Assembly: GCA_951406725.2 (NCBI GenBank)
Contig: OX597825.1
Location: 61,690,001 to 61,754,000 of the forward strand
DNA: 64,000 nt
DNA from: Octopus vulgaris
Taxonomy: Eukaryota
Reading direction: 5' to 3'
Both the position numbers and the translations under genes were made by a program. The notes under the pieces were generated by a model. It was given only the letters and a program-made list of their open reading frames with translations, was not told the DNA's origin and searched no databases. Numbering within the stretch: position 1 is the first letter of the stretch; each line of letters begins with the position of its first letter. Positions 37,909 to 50,349 of this stretch are shown piece after piece.

Positions 37909-38255
37909 CAAAATGCCTCCTGTCCAATGGACGGTGCTGAGTTGTCAAACATTTAAACCAAATTTTCTCAAAACAACTTCTCCGACCATCCCATAGGCCT
38001 CCCCTTTGAGAAACACTGATTTAACCTAAATTTGAGACACCAGCAAAAAAAGAAATAGAGATAGACGTTTTTCTATTCCAAAGAAAAACGATTTTATTCA
38101 CTTTACTTGGAATTGATTTTTGTAATTTTTTCAAGACTTATACATGCCCTGATACCGTTGGTATCTACATATCATATTTGAGCACAAATGGATGGAGGAT
38201 GCCCGAGATCCTAGAAGACACACACAGACATGCAGAACAGATTTTATATAATAGA
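37905..38255 (-). mobile_element. Non-autonomous Helitron-like element (family E), internally deleted
   Basis: Minus strand: A|TC 5' end; 3' hairpin GTCC-ATT-GGAC about 13 nt before CTCA|T; no TSD. Confidence 0.78.
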
Positions 38256-38312
38256 TATATATACACACACATATGTATTAATTTATCTATATATATATTA
38301 AAATAATGAATG

Positions 38313-38363
<51 letters not shown>

Positions 38364-38600
38364 AATCAAGGAACGGCCATAATAGGCCATTCACCCACTA
38401 GAAATAACAGCCAAAAGCTTTAACCGCAAAATAATGTCAATTCCGTCCAGGAGAAAATCAAAAAACATTTACCCTGAATTTTTGATTTTCTCTGTTTCGA
38501 AATTATATTGTTTTATTTACTGGTTTATGACTAAATTTTTTCCCAAGGCCGCTGGTGGCAAAGAATTCTACAAAATTTTTTTTGCCACCCTTATTGATTA

Positions 38601-38648
<48 letters not shown>

Positions 38649-38972
38649 TCTGGTCTTGATTGTAAATTATATTAAATTTACTTACAACAATCAAAGAAAT
38701 GTTTGATATTTTTCTTCTTTATAGCCTACTTAGTATTTAATAATGCTAACTTTGTTTAAACCATTAATTGGATGTTTTAGTAGATTACATGTAAAGTTAG
38801 CTCTCTTTAGAAGCTCATGTAATATTTATTAAATTAATTTCTTTCATGGTCAAAGGGAAATATTCTTCAACAAGGCTAATGTCCTTATAATATTATCTCT
38901 GTCTGTAATTTTGCTCAAGTATTTTAGTTAAAGTGTTGTTTTTCACAGTTTTATTAATGTTTAACCATTCAT

Positions 38973-39164
38973 GTGAAGGCACTTGGCTCAGTGGTTAGAG
39001 CATCTGGCTCACGATCATGAGGTAGTGAGTTCGATTCCTAGACTGGGCTATGTGTTGTGTTATTGAGCAAGATACTTTGTTTCACATTGCCCCAGTTCAC
39101 TCAGCTGTAAAAATGAGCTGCAAGATCACTGGTGCCAAGCTGCATCAGCCATTATCTTGCCCTT
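38973..39164 (+). mobile_element. SINE family A, 3'-truncated
   Basis: TGGCTCAGTGGTTAGAGC A box, GAGTTCGATTCC B box, CORE-like body. Confidence 0.85.
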
Positions 39165-39821
39165 AAATATGTAAGAACACTGACTGTTTAGTGTGTTATA
39201 AGGACAAATACAAGAACAGGCCAGAAATGCACTTACATATTCATAATATGCATATTATATACATACTTATATATATATATATATATATAAACATATGAAA
39301 TCAAAATAAGCAGCAAGGGTATCCAGAGGTAATGCAGTACTATCGTTTCATGCAGCTCCATTTAATTGAACAATGCAAACATTACATCAATTTAAATGCA
39401 GAGCAATCCTCAGCTGCATAAAGACATAGAATTTAATTAAATTAAATCAGATGGACAAATTAGCATAATTTTACCTAACGTCTCCAAGAAGGTAAGAAGA
39501 TAGACAGAACATGCTGTCTTCACTTCAGCTTAGAAGTTACTAACTTTATACCAGGTAACGCTCATTGGATGAAGCAGCTCCTCAATAAAATTTTACTGGC
39601 AGCTAGCTGCTCCTCTCTATTTAGGGTAAATATGCTTGGAAGTTATGGTTTCTTTGGTACGTTTGTTCCCAAACAACACTTATTTTAGTGCTGTTTGGTA
39701 CTGCCCAGGTGTCGCAACCATAATGATATCTGTGGGGCAGCTAAAAATGGAGGTATGTTGGATTGTTGGTATAGCTGTTTTTTAATATGTAAAATAATTT
39801 TATAACACATCCTTTTGATAT

Positions 39822-39852
<31 letters not shown>

Positions 39853-39875
39853 CATACATATATATATATATATAT

Positions 39876-39931
<56 letters not shown>

Positions 39932-39950
39932 ACAATACATATATCTAAAG

Positions 39951-40075
39951 CAAAAGTTTTTCAGGGACCCTTAAAATACTACTGTGGGTCCCCAATTTAC
40001 TATTTTCTTACGTAAACCTCCAAAAATCTTATATTGACCCTCAGAGGCCATATGGGCCCCAATTGAGCACAACTG
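39951..40075. mobile_element. Possible hAT-type MITE, degenerate
   Basis: The end TTGAGCACAACTG resembles Charlie-type TIRs, and the 8-bp flanks ATCTAAAG / CTTTAAAA are loosely similar. Confidence 0.35.
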
Positions 40076-40787
40076 CTTTAAAAGAAGGGTCAAATACAGA
40101 ATAGGAAAGATGACAACAGTGTTTCAAAAAATGTACAAACTCTGCTCTGTGAACATGTTCAATACACCAAGATTCTCCAGCAGAATATCATCATAATACC
40201 AATGGACACTTTTTTGGAGTGAAATGTAGAAGGAAAACTGCTACATTCATGAAAAAGTTGAATGTCTTTCACTAAATTGATAAAAATCTCGAGAATGTTG
40301 TACATTAATTATCTCTGGCATAATGAAATTTTATGATGATCATCACACAGACCCCAAAACTTGGTAAAAGAATGACTGAAAATTTAGACATTGGCAAGTA
40401 ATTGTTCTGTGAATATCAATTCATTGATATGCAAAACAGCATTGAAATGGACGCCACAAGGAAGGAGATGGGGAAAATTATGATAGAGAATAACACCTGA
40501 CTGATTAAGAAAATTACTGTTAAACTATTGTCTGAAACTCAGGTGTATAGGCTGGACTAACTCACCACTCAACCAGCTGACCAACCAAACAACCGACCGA
40601 CCCACTCCCATCAACCCACCCACCCGCCCACCCACCGCCCAACCAACAAACCAACTAATTAAAGCTTTTAAGAGAATACCCAGTGTTTCATTGAAGTGAT
40701 AGAAATACCAGTTTCTTTTATTCATACCCAGTTGATGAAGTAAACTGGCTGATGATCAAAAGGCCATTAAACTGATGCCCTGCCCAA

Positions 40788-41175
40788 TCTATTATATAAA
40801 ATCCGTTCTGTTTGTGTGTGTGTTTGTGTCTTCTAGGATCTCGGACATCCTCCTTCTGACTGCACTCAAATTTGATATGTAGATACTGACGATATCAGGA
40901 CGTGTATAAGTCTTGAAAAAATTACAAAAATCGATTTCAGGTGGAAATGTGATCGATAAAGCCGTGGGAACGTGCATTTGTAAAATCGTTTTACTTGGAA
41001 TAGAAAAAAGTCTATCTTTATTTCTGCTTTTGCTGGTGTCTCAAATTTAGGTTAAGTCAGTGTTTCTCAAAGGGGAGGCCTATGGGACTGTTGGACAAGT
41101 TATTTTGAGAAAATTTGGTTTAAATGTTTCATAACACAGCACTGTCCATTGGGTGGGGGAGGGGCGTTTTGCTCG
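40788..41175 (+). mobile_element. Non-autonomous Helitron-like element (family E)
   Basis: A|TCTATTATATAAAA start, ...TTTTGCTCG|T end, inserted between A and T with no TSD. Confidence 0.8.
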
Positions 41176-43351
41176 TACATTCTACAAAGATTAACATTTT
41201 ATTTTAATCTCTTGTAATTTGTGTCAGCCGATGCAAAAACTATCATGTAAAGTGGTTTGATGATGAACTGAAATAGATACACCTAAACCATGACAGGTTA
41301 GAAAAACAGAGAAGTAACCTTTCAGATGACTGAATGTTCTGAAAGATGAATGCAGATAATTATAATGAAACACTTTGTATTCAGCAACATCTGAATTTAT
41401 ATTCAACTTAATCAATGATGTACACAAAATAATAAAATAGAAACTGCTTGCTACTGATACAGTACTATGACTAGACACATAGCTATACATGCATTGCTGT
41501 TAAAACAATGAACACATACACACACACCATTAGATGTAACACAAAAAACATGCCCTCTTTCTGTCCAAAATTTTTCTCCCTTTCCTTCTTTCTTTCTCCA
41601 TCTGTTTTCCTTACCTTCACCTTATTGTTTTATTCAGCAACTGATCAGTTGTCACACACACATATATATACATAAGCACATACACAGCCACACAGACACA
41701 CAAGTGGAGTAAAGTCAGGCAGTGTGGACACATACACACAGACATGCATGTACACAGACTTAATGTAAGTTTATATTGGATATTTTCAGTAACTTCTGCT
41801 CCAATAATAGGTACTTAGTTTTGATGTAAGAATATTAATTCTGGATATATTCTGCTGAAATTTGGCAACTCAAGCTAATATTATGCGATAATTTTCAATT
41901 GCTTTCATTTTAGGACTCCATAACTGTGAAGTGGTTGTTAAAAATAAAGCACTATATGAGTGTGAAATGGTTTAGTGGTTTTCCTAATGCATGACTAGGG
42001 AAGGTAAATGTTTTAGGAAATTATAGTGTTCTATAATCGATGCATCACACTGCTTATGTCCCCAGTGGATGAATAATTAAAAAGTCAATAATAAATCAAG
42101 TGTTAAGAGGCAGAATCCAAGTAAAGTATAAAAAGCTAGAACCATTTCTCAGCTTAAGTCAACAGTAAGTTTATGCTCATAGGCAATGTCCAGACAATAT
42201 GATGAACATTAAAACTGACAAAAGAAAATATGATGACACAATTTTGCTTATGATTTTACCTGGACTGGCGATAAAACGTGACTAATTGAATAGTGTGATG
42301 AATGTTGGAAAATTTAGAGTATAGTAAAGCTAAAGCAATCAAGGTTAGTGAGTAACTCACAGGGCAACTTTATTTCATATAAATATGCCATAAAGGCATT
42401 ACAAAGAGTAGCTGTGGGCTGGACAAAGACATTGATAAGGTGAATGATGAAATAAGGATGATATTGATGAGAGAAGGCAAAAACACCCGCCAATTTTCTT
42501 CTTATCTAAAACATTGTTCTTTTTTTTTTAAAGCAAAATAAACAAAGTGAGGTATTGAACCTCTCACAACAGTTTTTACAGTTTTGGGATTTAATAGTCC
42601 ATTACAAATATTAATATGCAAAAAATATTCACAGAACAACTTGTAGCCTGGTTGTGTCTGTTCCATTACTTTGTGTTCTGATGGCAATGCCTACACTGGT
42701 ATGCTGTGTCAGCCCCAGTCAGTGGTCTTAGTGTCAGATGAATATATAGGCAACTGCCAGTCTTCTGCAAAAATTTCTGCTTAGCCTTGATGAAAATAGG
42801 AAGGTTTGAAGTATTAACAGTTATTTTTTGTAGCTCAGTAAAGCTAAAGCAATCAAGGTTAGTGAATAACCCACAGAGCAACTCACAGCCTGGTGGTATT
42901 TATTTCATTACCTTTTATTCATTGGTCAGTTAAAGTTGAGACAGTGTCATGTGACAACTTGCTGGAGCTTCCTGCTGGAGCCTAGCAGCAGATATTTAAA
43001 GGGAAATTTGACAAGATAGTCAGTCACCTGCTGAAACCCATTGACGCTACATCAAAGAGACCAGGGAACAAGAGAAAGAAGACATGCACTCAACACCAGA
43101 GCTGAAGACACCTTCGAAAGGGGGGAAGGCACCATGTCAAAACGGTAGAGGAGTAGGGACTGAAACCGAATGTGGTTCTTCCTGATGATGTCTTGAGCAA
43201 ACTGGATCCTATAAAGGAGCTGTTGTGGTAGCAGACTGCAAATCACAGTTGAAATTCCTTCCTTCTGATGGTAATGCCTACAATGATAGTGGTACCAAAC
43301 TGTGTGAGTCCCAGTCAGTGGTCTTTCTCTTGGATAAACATTGGTAGCATG

Positions 43352-43574
43352 AGGGCAGCGGGCTGGCAGAACCGTTAGCATGCTGGGCGAAATGCGTAGC
43401 CGTATTTCGTCTGCCGTTACGTTCTGAGTTCAAATTCCGCCGAGGTCGACTTTTGGGGTCGATAAATTAAGTACCAGTCACGCAATGGGGTCGATGCAAT
43501 CGACTTAATCCGTTTGTCTGTCCTTGTTTGTCCTCTCTGTGTTTAGCCCCTTGTGGGTAGTAAAGAAATAGGTA
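43352..43574 (+). mobile_element. SINE family C, full length with a small internal deletion
   Basis: GCTGGCAGAACCGTTAGC...GAGTTCAAATTCCGCCGAGGTCGAC...GCCCCTTGTGGGTAGTAAAGAAATAGG. Confidence 0.92.
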
Positions 43575-43739
43575 AATGTCAGATGAATGTATGGGCAGCT
43601 GCCAGTTTTCTGAAAAGCCTTGTACATGCATATACTGAGACAGAATCCATCTTAGTTGATGGTGACCCAAGGAAGTTAAAACAATATTTAGGGTTAAAAC
43701 AATTGTTTTCTTAAAAAATCTGTGTGAAGACTATTTTGA

Positions 43740-45200
43740 AAGAAAATGTTTGGAATGAAATCAAAGGAAGCTTACATTTTCATTATTTATTATAAGCCAA
43801 AACCCAAAAAGTATTTTGCTTGTTTCATATACTGTTTATTGATTAGCAAAAGTAGGTGAAGCACAAACAGAAACAGATAATCTAATAATACCCTTTGCAA
43901 AATATATGATGGAATACCTTATACATCAAAAATATAGGTAATGTATCATTTTCTGGTGACACAGTTTAAAGATGTGAAGCTGAGCTAATAAAATAGGATA
44001 AAATGAACTCAGCTTTCTTTCTTCAATCGGATGAGTGTACACGTGTTGTTAATTTACCAGTTTTGTTTGTGTTTATAAGTTACACTTATGAAGGTGACAT
44101 TCAAAATGGCATTAACCCACCAGCGTTTGGAGAGAATCATGCTAAAGGAGAAGTAATATTTAATTGAATCAATTCATTTGTAGAAAATATATATAATTTG
44201 TGAAAACGTTTTTCCAATGTTTGCACTAATAGAGCTGCAAATATAGTAAGAAAAATCTTTAGTGCTGTTGTTGCAAAAATTAAAAAGAAAATCAGAATGT
44301 TGATAAACAGTACTGTTTTTCTCACCAAGTAGAAGCAGTAAAATATATGCCTCAAGTTCTGAAATTAAGTATAAATGGTGCTGTAAAATTGGTCAATTTT
44401 ATTAAATCAAAGATGCAAAATGCAAGAAATAAGGGAACTCATACAGAACTGAAGTTATGACTGAAAACGTGATGAGGGGATTTTATGAACTGCATGAAGA
44501 AATTGGATTATTTCTGACTTGACATTCTTTCAAACTTAAAAAATTTCTATCCGAAATGAAAGATCATATGTGAATTGGGATAAGGCATGTGTTCCTGACA
44601 TATTTACTTATTTGAATGAGATTTGCCTTTCAATCTGCAGTACCAATATAACATGCTTCAAAAACTAAAACTCTGGAAGGACTAAGCAAGTAAGAATGAT
44701 ATTGAATGCTTTGAAAACCTTAGTATTTTTCTTTTAATATCAAATATTTCTGTACGTCAAAATACATAAAACTCAGTTTTGCAATATTTGTCTGATATAT
44801 ATGAAAATCAATACTAGAATATTTTCCAGTTAAAATTGAAAACCGACTTTCGGTTGAAAAACCATTTATAGACTCCTTAAACATAAACAATTTTCATAGA
44901 AAGTAAAGGAACAGAAAATAGGCATTGTAATGGATTTTACCTAAAAATCAAAATTTCAATAAGTGGAACTGATAAAATTTTGGATTGCATTATTAATGGA
45001 GTACCCTACTATAAGCACAAAAGCATTACAAGTTAATGCAATTTCTAAATATTTTTGTTGAAGAACATTTTCACTGTATATAATAATAAACAAACAATCA
45101 AAATAACGGACAAGAAATAGAATATAGAAAACTTAGTTACAAGTAATATCCAAATATTATAATTTTCAGTGACAAGAAGTAAATTCATTTAATCCACTAA
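43740..45200 (+). mobile_element. Decayed hAT (Charlie/Buster-type) transposase
   Basis: Ordered motifs LAKVGEAQT...LIIP.AK, SGDTV, FLQSDECT...LFVF, VCTN.AA, AVKLVNFIKS and FWIALLMEYP.ISTKAL. Many frameshifts. Confidence 0.75.
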
Positions 45201-45335
45201 CTCTTAATATCTTAACTATGAAGTCGACATTGTTAAATAAACAAGACTAGATATCAAACAACTTATACTGACACAATTTTATTTTACTTTTTATTTGCAG
45301 CATGACTATGATTATTTTTTTACATGTCTTTTATG

Positions 45336-45746
45336 TTACTCTTTTACTCTTTTTTACTCTTTTATTTGTTTCAGTCATTTGACTGCGGCCATGCTGGAGC
45401 ACTGACTTTAGTCGAACAAATCGACCCCAGGACTTATTCTTAGTGAGCCTAGTACTTATTCCATCGGTCTCTTTTGCCGAACCGCTAATTTACAGGGATG
45501 TAAACACACCACCAGCAGTTGTCAAGCGATGTTGTGGGGGACAAACACAGACACACAAACACACACGTATATACATATACATATATACGATGGGCTTCTT
45601 TCAGTTTCCGTCAACCAAATCCACTCACAAAGCTTTGGTCGGTCCAAGGCTATAGTAGAAGACATTTGCACAAGGTGCTATGCAGTAGGACTGAACCCGG
45701 AACCATGTGGCTGGTAAGCAAGCTACTTACCACGCAGCCACTTTTC
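45336..45746 (-). mobile_element. SINE family B, full length
   Basis: Family B consensus in reverse. Confidence 0.93.
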
Positions 45747-46112
45747 CCAATCTAGAGGTTTCCATGAATAAGAAAACTGGTAGAAAATCCCCAGTGTATG
45801 AAATCTCGACAAACCTATTTAGATTACAAAAGGTATCATGATACTTACAGTTGTTGATGAGGAAGACTATTTAGCTGTTTAGCTATCAACACTCAAAGAC
45901 ATTTGGTCATAGAAAAACAAGTTTTAATTATGGTCATTTAGTCCTTTTAAATATTCCAATATTTCACAAAAATACATTTTTTTCAGCTCTTTTATACCTT
46001 AACTTCAAAATGATATGATTTAGTCTCTCCTTTTAGATACCACAATCACTCAACCCTTTTGCTTCTTTCTTTATCTGAATCCTACTTATTACTAAACTTT
46101 TAGCATGAACAT

Positions 46113-46218
46113 AGAGTAGCTACGGCGGTACATAGTCTAAAATTGGAACGATACAGAAAAGATTAGCATGGCTCCTGGGCAAGGATGACACGCAAATTCA
46201 TGAAGCATTCCATATTTT
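46113..46218 (+). pseudogene. U6: U6 snRNA pseudogene (retrocopy)
   Basis: CTAAAATTGGAACGATACAGAAAAGATTAGCATGGCTCCTGGGCAAGGATGACACGCAAATTCATGAAGCATTCCATATTTT matches U6. The ACAGAGA box is mutated to ACAGAAA, the 5' stem has diverged, and CpG-type substitutions are present. Confidence 0.93.
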
Positions 46219-46220
46219 CC

Positions 46221-46645
46221 ATAGGCGTAGGAATGGCTGTGCGGTAAGTAGCTTGCTTACCAGCCACATGGTTCCGGGTTCAGTTCCACTGCATGGCACC
46301 TTCGGTAAGTGTCTTCTACTATAGCCTCAGGCTGACCAAAGCCTTGTGAGTGGATTTGGTGGACAGAAACTGAAAGAAGCCCGTCGTATACATGTATATA
46401 TATGTGTGTGTGTGCGTGTGTGTGTGTGTGTATGTTTGTGTGTCAGTGTTTGTCCCCCCTACATCGCTTGACAACCGATGCTGGTGTGCTTGCATCCCTG
46501 TAACTTAGTGGCTTGGCAAAAGAGACCGATAGAATAAGTAGTAGGCTTACAAAGAATAAGTCCTGGGGTCAATTTGCTCGACTAAAGGCGTTGCTCCAGC
46601 ATGGCCACAGTCAAATAACTGAAACAAGTAAACGAGTAAATGAGT
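46221..46645 (+). mobile_element. SINE family B, full length, abutting the U6 3' end
   Basis: Starts ATAGGCGTAGGAATGGCTGTG, 2 nt after the U6 TTTT. Confidence 0.93.
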
Positions 46646-47662
46646 CTATATTTTATCATCCAAAATGAACTCAACCCTAATTAACTAAACTAGAAAGTCA
46701 AGGAAGTTCTGCTATTTAATGAAACAAATAAAGATTTATTATGAATGTCTCTTTCTTGTTTTAGATCCAAGAAACTCTGTCTTGAATCCACACAATTTAC
46801 TAATTTAAGTCTTTGAGGGGTAGTGTTTGCATTTATATTATCATTTTCTTTATTATTTTCCTTCTGACAGCTTATTATAACGAATGCCTTTAAATATAAA
46901 GCGATGGAGATATTATAGGAATAATTATAACTTAAAGCATTCGTCTATGTAATGCATGCGTAGCCTATTTCCTTAGGCAATTATTGTATGATATTGTTAT
47001 TTTAGGAATATTTAATCTTTTGCTTTAGGTTTTTTTTTCCCAAGTGTTTTTGCTATTTTCGTTCACAGATTGTAAGTTTATATTTGTAAGAGAAAACAAA
47101 AGTATAATAAATGTGTTTAGTTTTATTTGTGAAATATTAAATAATTGTGATAAAATTTTTAAACCAATTCCTTTCATTATGAGTAGAATAAATTATGAAA
47201 TACATTTGAGGAAAAAGAAACAAGACAGAAAAAATATCTAAGATTGAGCATTTTTCCCAGTGTGTTTCTTCTTTTAATTAGAAGCATGTATTCAATTAAT
47301 GTTTCTTGTTTCAATCTTTCACACTATGCCAATAATTTTCAATAATAAGAATTCTTTATTCGCATAACTGAAAGATTATTCTTTACCTGCACAGCTTGCA
47401 TTAAAAGTAATCTAATTGAATATAATCCCAATAATCTAATGGAACCAGCATTCTACCATATTTTGTTTTGATATATTTTAAGCAAAAACTTATTTCTTTT
47501 ATTTACCATTTCCATAAAATAATCTGGTGAAGATGACTGTATAAATAAAATAGCGTTTTACACAGGAAGTTACCCAGAGTAATGAAGTGAATGATTCAAC
47601 ATTGTTGTTAAGACTGAAGGATGAAACCAAATATATTTAAATTGTAAGGGGTGTATGATATA

Positions 47663-47892
47663 TATTTCTTTACTACCCACAAGGGGCTAAACACAGAGGA
47701 GACAGACAAGGACAGACATTAAGTCGATTACATCGACCCCAGTGCGTAACTGGTACTTTATTTATCGACCACGAAAGGATGAAAGGCAAAGTCGACCTCG
47801 GCGGAATTTGAACTCAGAACGTAATGACAGACGAAATACCGCTTAGCATTTCACCCGGCGTGCTAATGATTCTGCCAGTTCGCCACCTTTTA
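47663..47892 (-). mobile_element. SINE family C, full length, 17-bp TSD
   Basis: AAGGGGTGTATGATATA at 47646-47662 and 47893-47909. Confidence 0.95.
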
Positions 47893-48379
47893 AAGGGGTG
47901 TATGATATAGGTTCATGAAGAGCAGTATCTTTGTAAACTTATTGTTTCATATCTTCGTCAAAGTGGATGTGGGTATTAGCTCTGGTTTTTGGTGCCTGTG
48001 TACCAATCCCTTATTGTTCAAAGAAATTGATATTGCTTACCAGTGGCATTCGGGCCATCTCACTTTGACTAATGATTTGAATAAAGAGTATTGATAGTGT
48101 AAGAAGGATTATGGTATAAACGATATCACATCATAAGTACTCAGTGACTGGAATGGTAGCAGGGGTTGATAAAACATAACAAAGATCAATAGCACTGAAG
48201 AAAAGTGTGTGTGGTGGTGGTGGTGGTGATGCTGGTGGGGCACATCCAGGGCACTCCCTAGCCTAAAAGTCACTTGTATCCAGATGCTATGGAAGGGATT
48301 GGAATTCAATTTCGTTCATACCAATAATTAAACATTCATAGCATAAGAAAAATACAGGAAAAGGACAGGGTACTGGATA

Positions 48380-49850
48380 CTGATCCAGATACTACATACA
48401 AAGAAGAAGAAACCAAATCGCCAGTGAATAGGATATTTGATGATGATTGCTGCACAAACTTTAAAGGAATGTTATATTCAAACAGTATGGCTTCAAGAAG
48501 CTATAAATAAACTATTACATCTAGGAAGCTGGAACACAAAAACACTACAACAACCAGGAAAATGTTATCATTCTAATGCAAGAAACAGAAAAAAAAATTG
48601 AATATTTACAACATGCGAATATCTAAAACTAAATGGGTATGTGATGATAAAATAGTAAGTGCAAACCATACTACATTCTATTCTGATGGAAAAGGAGAAT
48701 AAAAAAGAAGGAATTTTAATAGTAAAAATACTTGAGTAAAATCACTCTTTGAATACTGAGAAATGTTGAATAAAATGATAAGGAAGCTACAAGGAAAACC
48801 TTTTAAATCGACATCATACAGATATATACTCTTATGTAAGAACACAGTGACGAGAACATGGAGCAAATTTAAATTGTAATAAAATGCACTGAAACTTAAG
48901 AAATCACAAATATACTGGAAGATTTTGATGAAAAAAAAAATCAAGAGATAATAGATCAATTCATATTAGTTGAAAGAAATAGAAAAAGTGACTGACTGAT
49001 AGATCTTTGTCGAAAAAACAGTTCGATAATCATCAACACACTATTCCTGTAACCAACAAGAAAATTATACCTGTTGAAGAATTCAGGTGGCATAACAAGA
49101 AATCAGATAGTCTTCATACTGATAAACTAGCAGTTTAGAAACTATATGAAACAAGCAAAAACATAGCCTGGAGTAGATATCAATTCAGATAATAATCCAA
49201 TGCTAATTAAATTACAAATTATACTTAAGAAAAAAAAAAAATCACTAAAGAGACAAAAGCAATTAAACTAAAATGCTAAAACAGACAAACAGACAGACTG
49301 TTGAAAGAAATAAAATGTGGAAATGCGAAACAGATATGAATATTTATACAATGAAGAACGAATTCAAGAACCAATTAACAGAGAGCCAACAGAAGAAAAC
49401 TAGAACATAACCAAAACCTGCTTGGAAACAAAACTCTGTCAGAATAGATAAAGGAGTAAAAAATGGATGAGTGATGAAGTTCTTTAAATAATGGAAAAAA
49501 AGAAAAAAAGAAAAATTTAAAAAATCCAGTTTGATATGACATTTTAGATAAGAGGTCTTCTTAGAATATAAAAAAGCAAAACACAAGTACCTGAGTGATC
49601 ATGCCAATTTAAAGAAATTTTTAAACCAGTATGAGCTAACATAATGGTAACATATTGTTCTGTTATAAGTAGATAGCATCCAGATGGCTTGCATCATAAA
49701 ATAAAAGTATGGTGATGAGAAGAGGCTAATTATGTCCAATTTTGAAGCTGCTAAAGGAAATAAAATATTAAAAAAGTGTATGAAAGAAAATAAAGTTTCA
49801 GTGACATGGGAAACCAGTTGGAACAGATGAAATACCATGTCTACAAAATG
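48380..49850 (+). mobile_element. Decayed RTE-like LINE (APE endonuclease region)
   Basis: INT.F, RNQID, PGVDINSDNNPMLIKL (cf. PGAD..SDH) and WMSDEV motifs appear in order on an A-rich strand. Confidence 0.6.
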
Positions 49851-49871
49851 TTGCATTATCCTTACTACAAG

Positions 49872-50343
49872 ACATCAACTTCTTCAAGTATCACTTGAAA
49901 AGGAAAATGAGAGTAGAGAGGCAAATTTTGTCTAGTGAGTGTTTCAAAAACAGATGGGTGAATGTAGCAGGGATGGCACATAGGAATGACGAACCCACCT
50001 TGAGAATAATCCTATGAACCCGGAAAAATTTAAAACAGAAAGTTACTTACTTGCAAATAGATGTGTTAACATGTGACATTAATGACCGAGGTTTCCGTGG
50101 TCTTTTCCATACGCTTTTCTTTCCACAAGTAAACCTTATCTGCTTCCCCCTTTACACTTTACATCATGACATTTCTGTGATACATGATCGCTATTGATCG
50201 TTTTTTCTTTTCTTTTTTTTATCCTTTTTACGATCCCTTTTGATCGAAAACCTACCCCACCTTTTTTCTCCACAAAAAGAAAAGCTCTACTTTGTAATTT
50301 GTCCCGTTTGTGTTCAGCCCTGTGTGGCTAATAAAGAAACATA
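49872..50343 (+). mobile_element. L1/Tx1-like LINE 3' end (ORF2 C-terminus plus 3' UTR)
   Basis: INFFKYHLKRKMRVERQILSSECFKNRWVNVA...IIL*, then a pyrimidine-rich UTR ending AATAAAGAAA. Confidence 0.7.
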
Positions 50344-50349
50344 TTAGAA

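Noticed and set aside
38973-39045. tRNA gene
   Set aside because: A and B boxes are present but there is no full cloverleaf or terminator. It continues into a SINE body.
39295-39815. Hammerhead in a TA-flanked 520-bp insert
   Set aside because: Only GAGACGTTAGG on the minus strand; core and stem II could not be assembled. Probably a TE fragment, but unclassified.
46113-46218. Functional U6 gene
   Set aside because: The invariant ACAGAGA box is mutated, the 5' stem has diverged, and no clear upstream TATA/PSE was seen.
47380-47460. Small minus-strand exon ending CAG|GTAAAG
   Set aside because: No polypyrimidine acceptor, and the peptide is unrecognisable.
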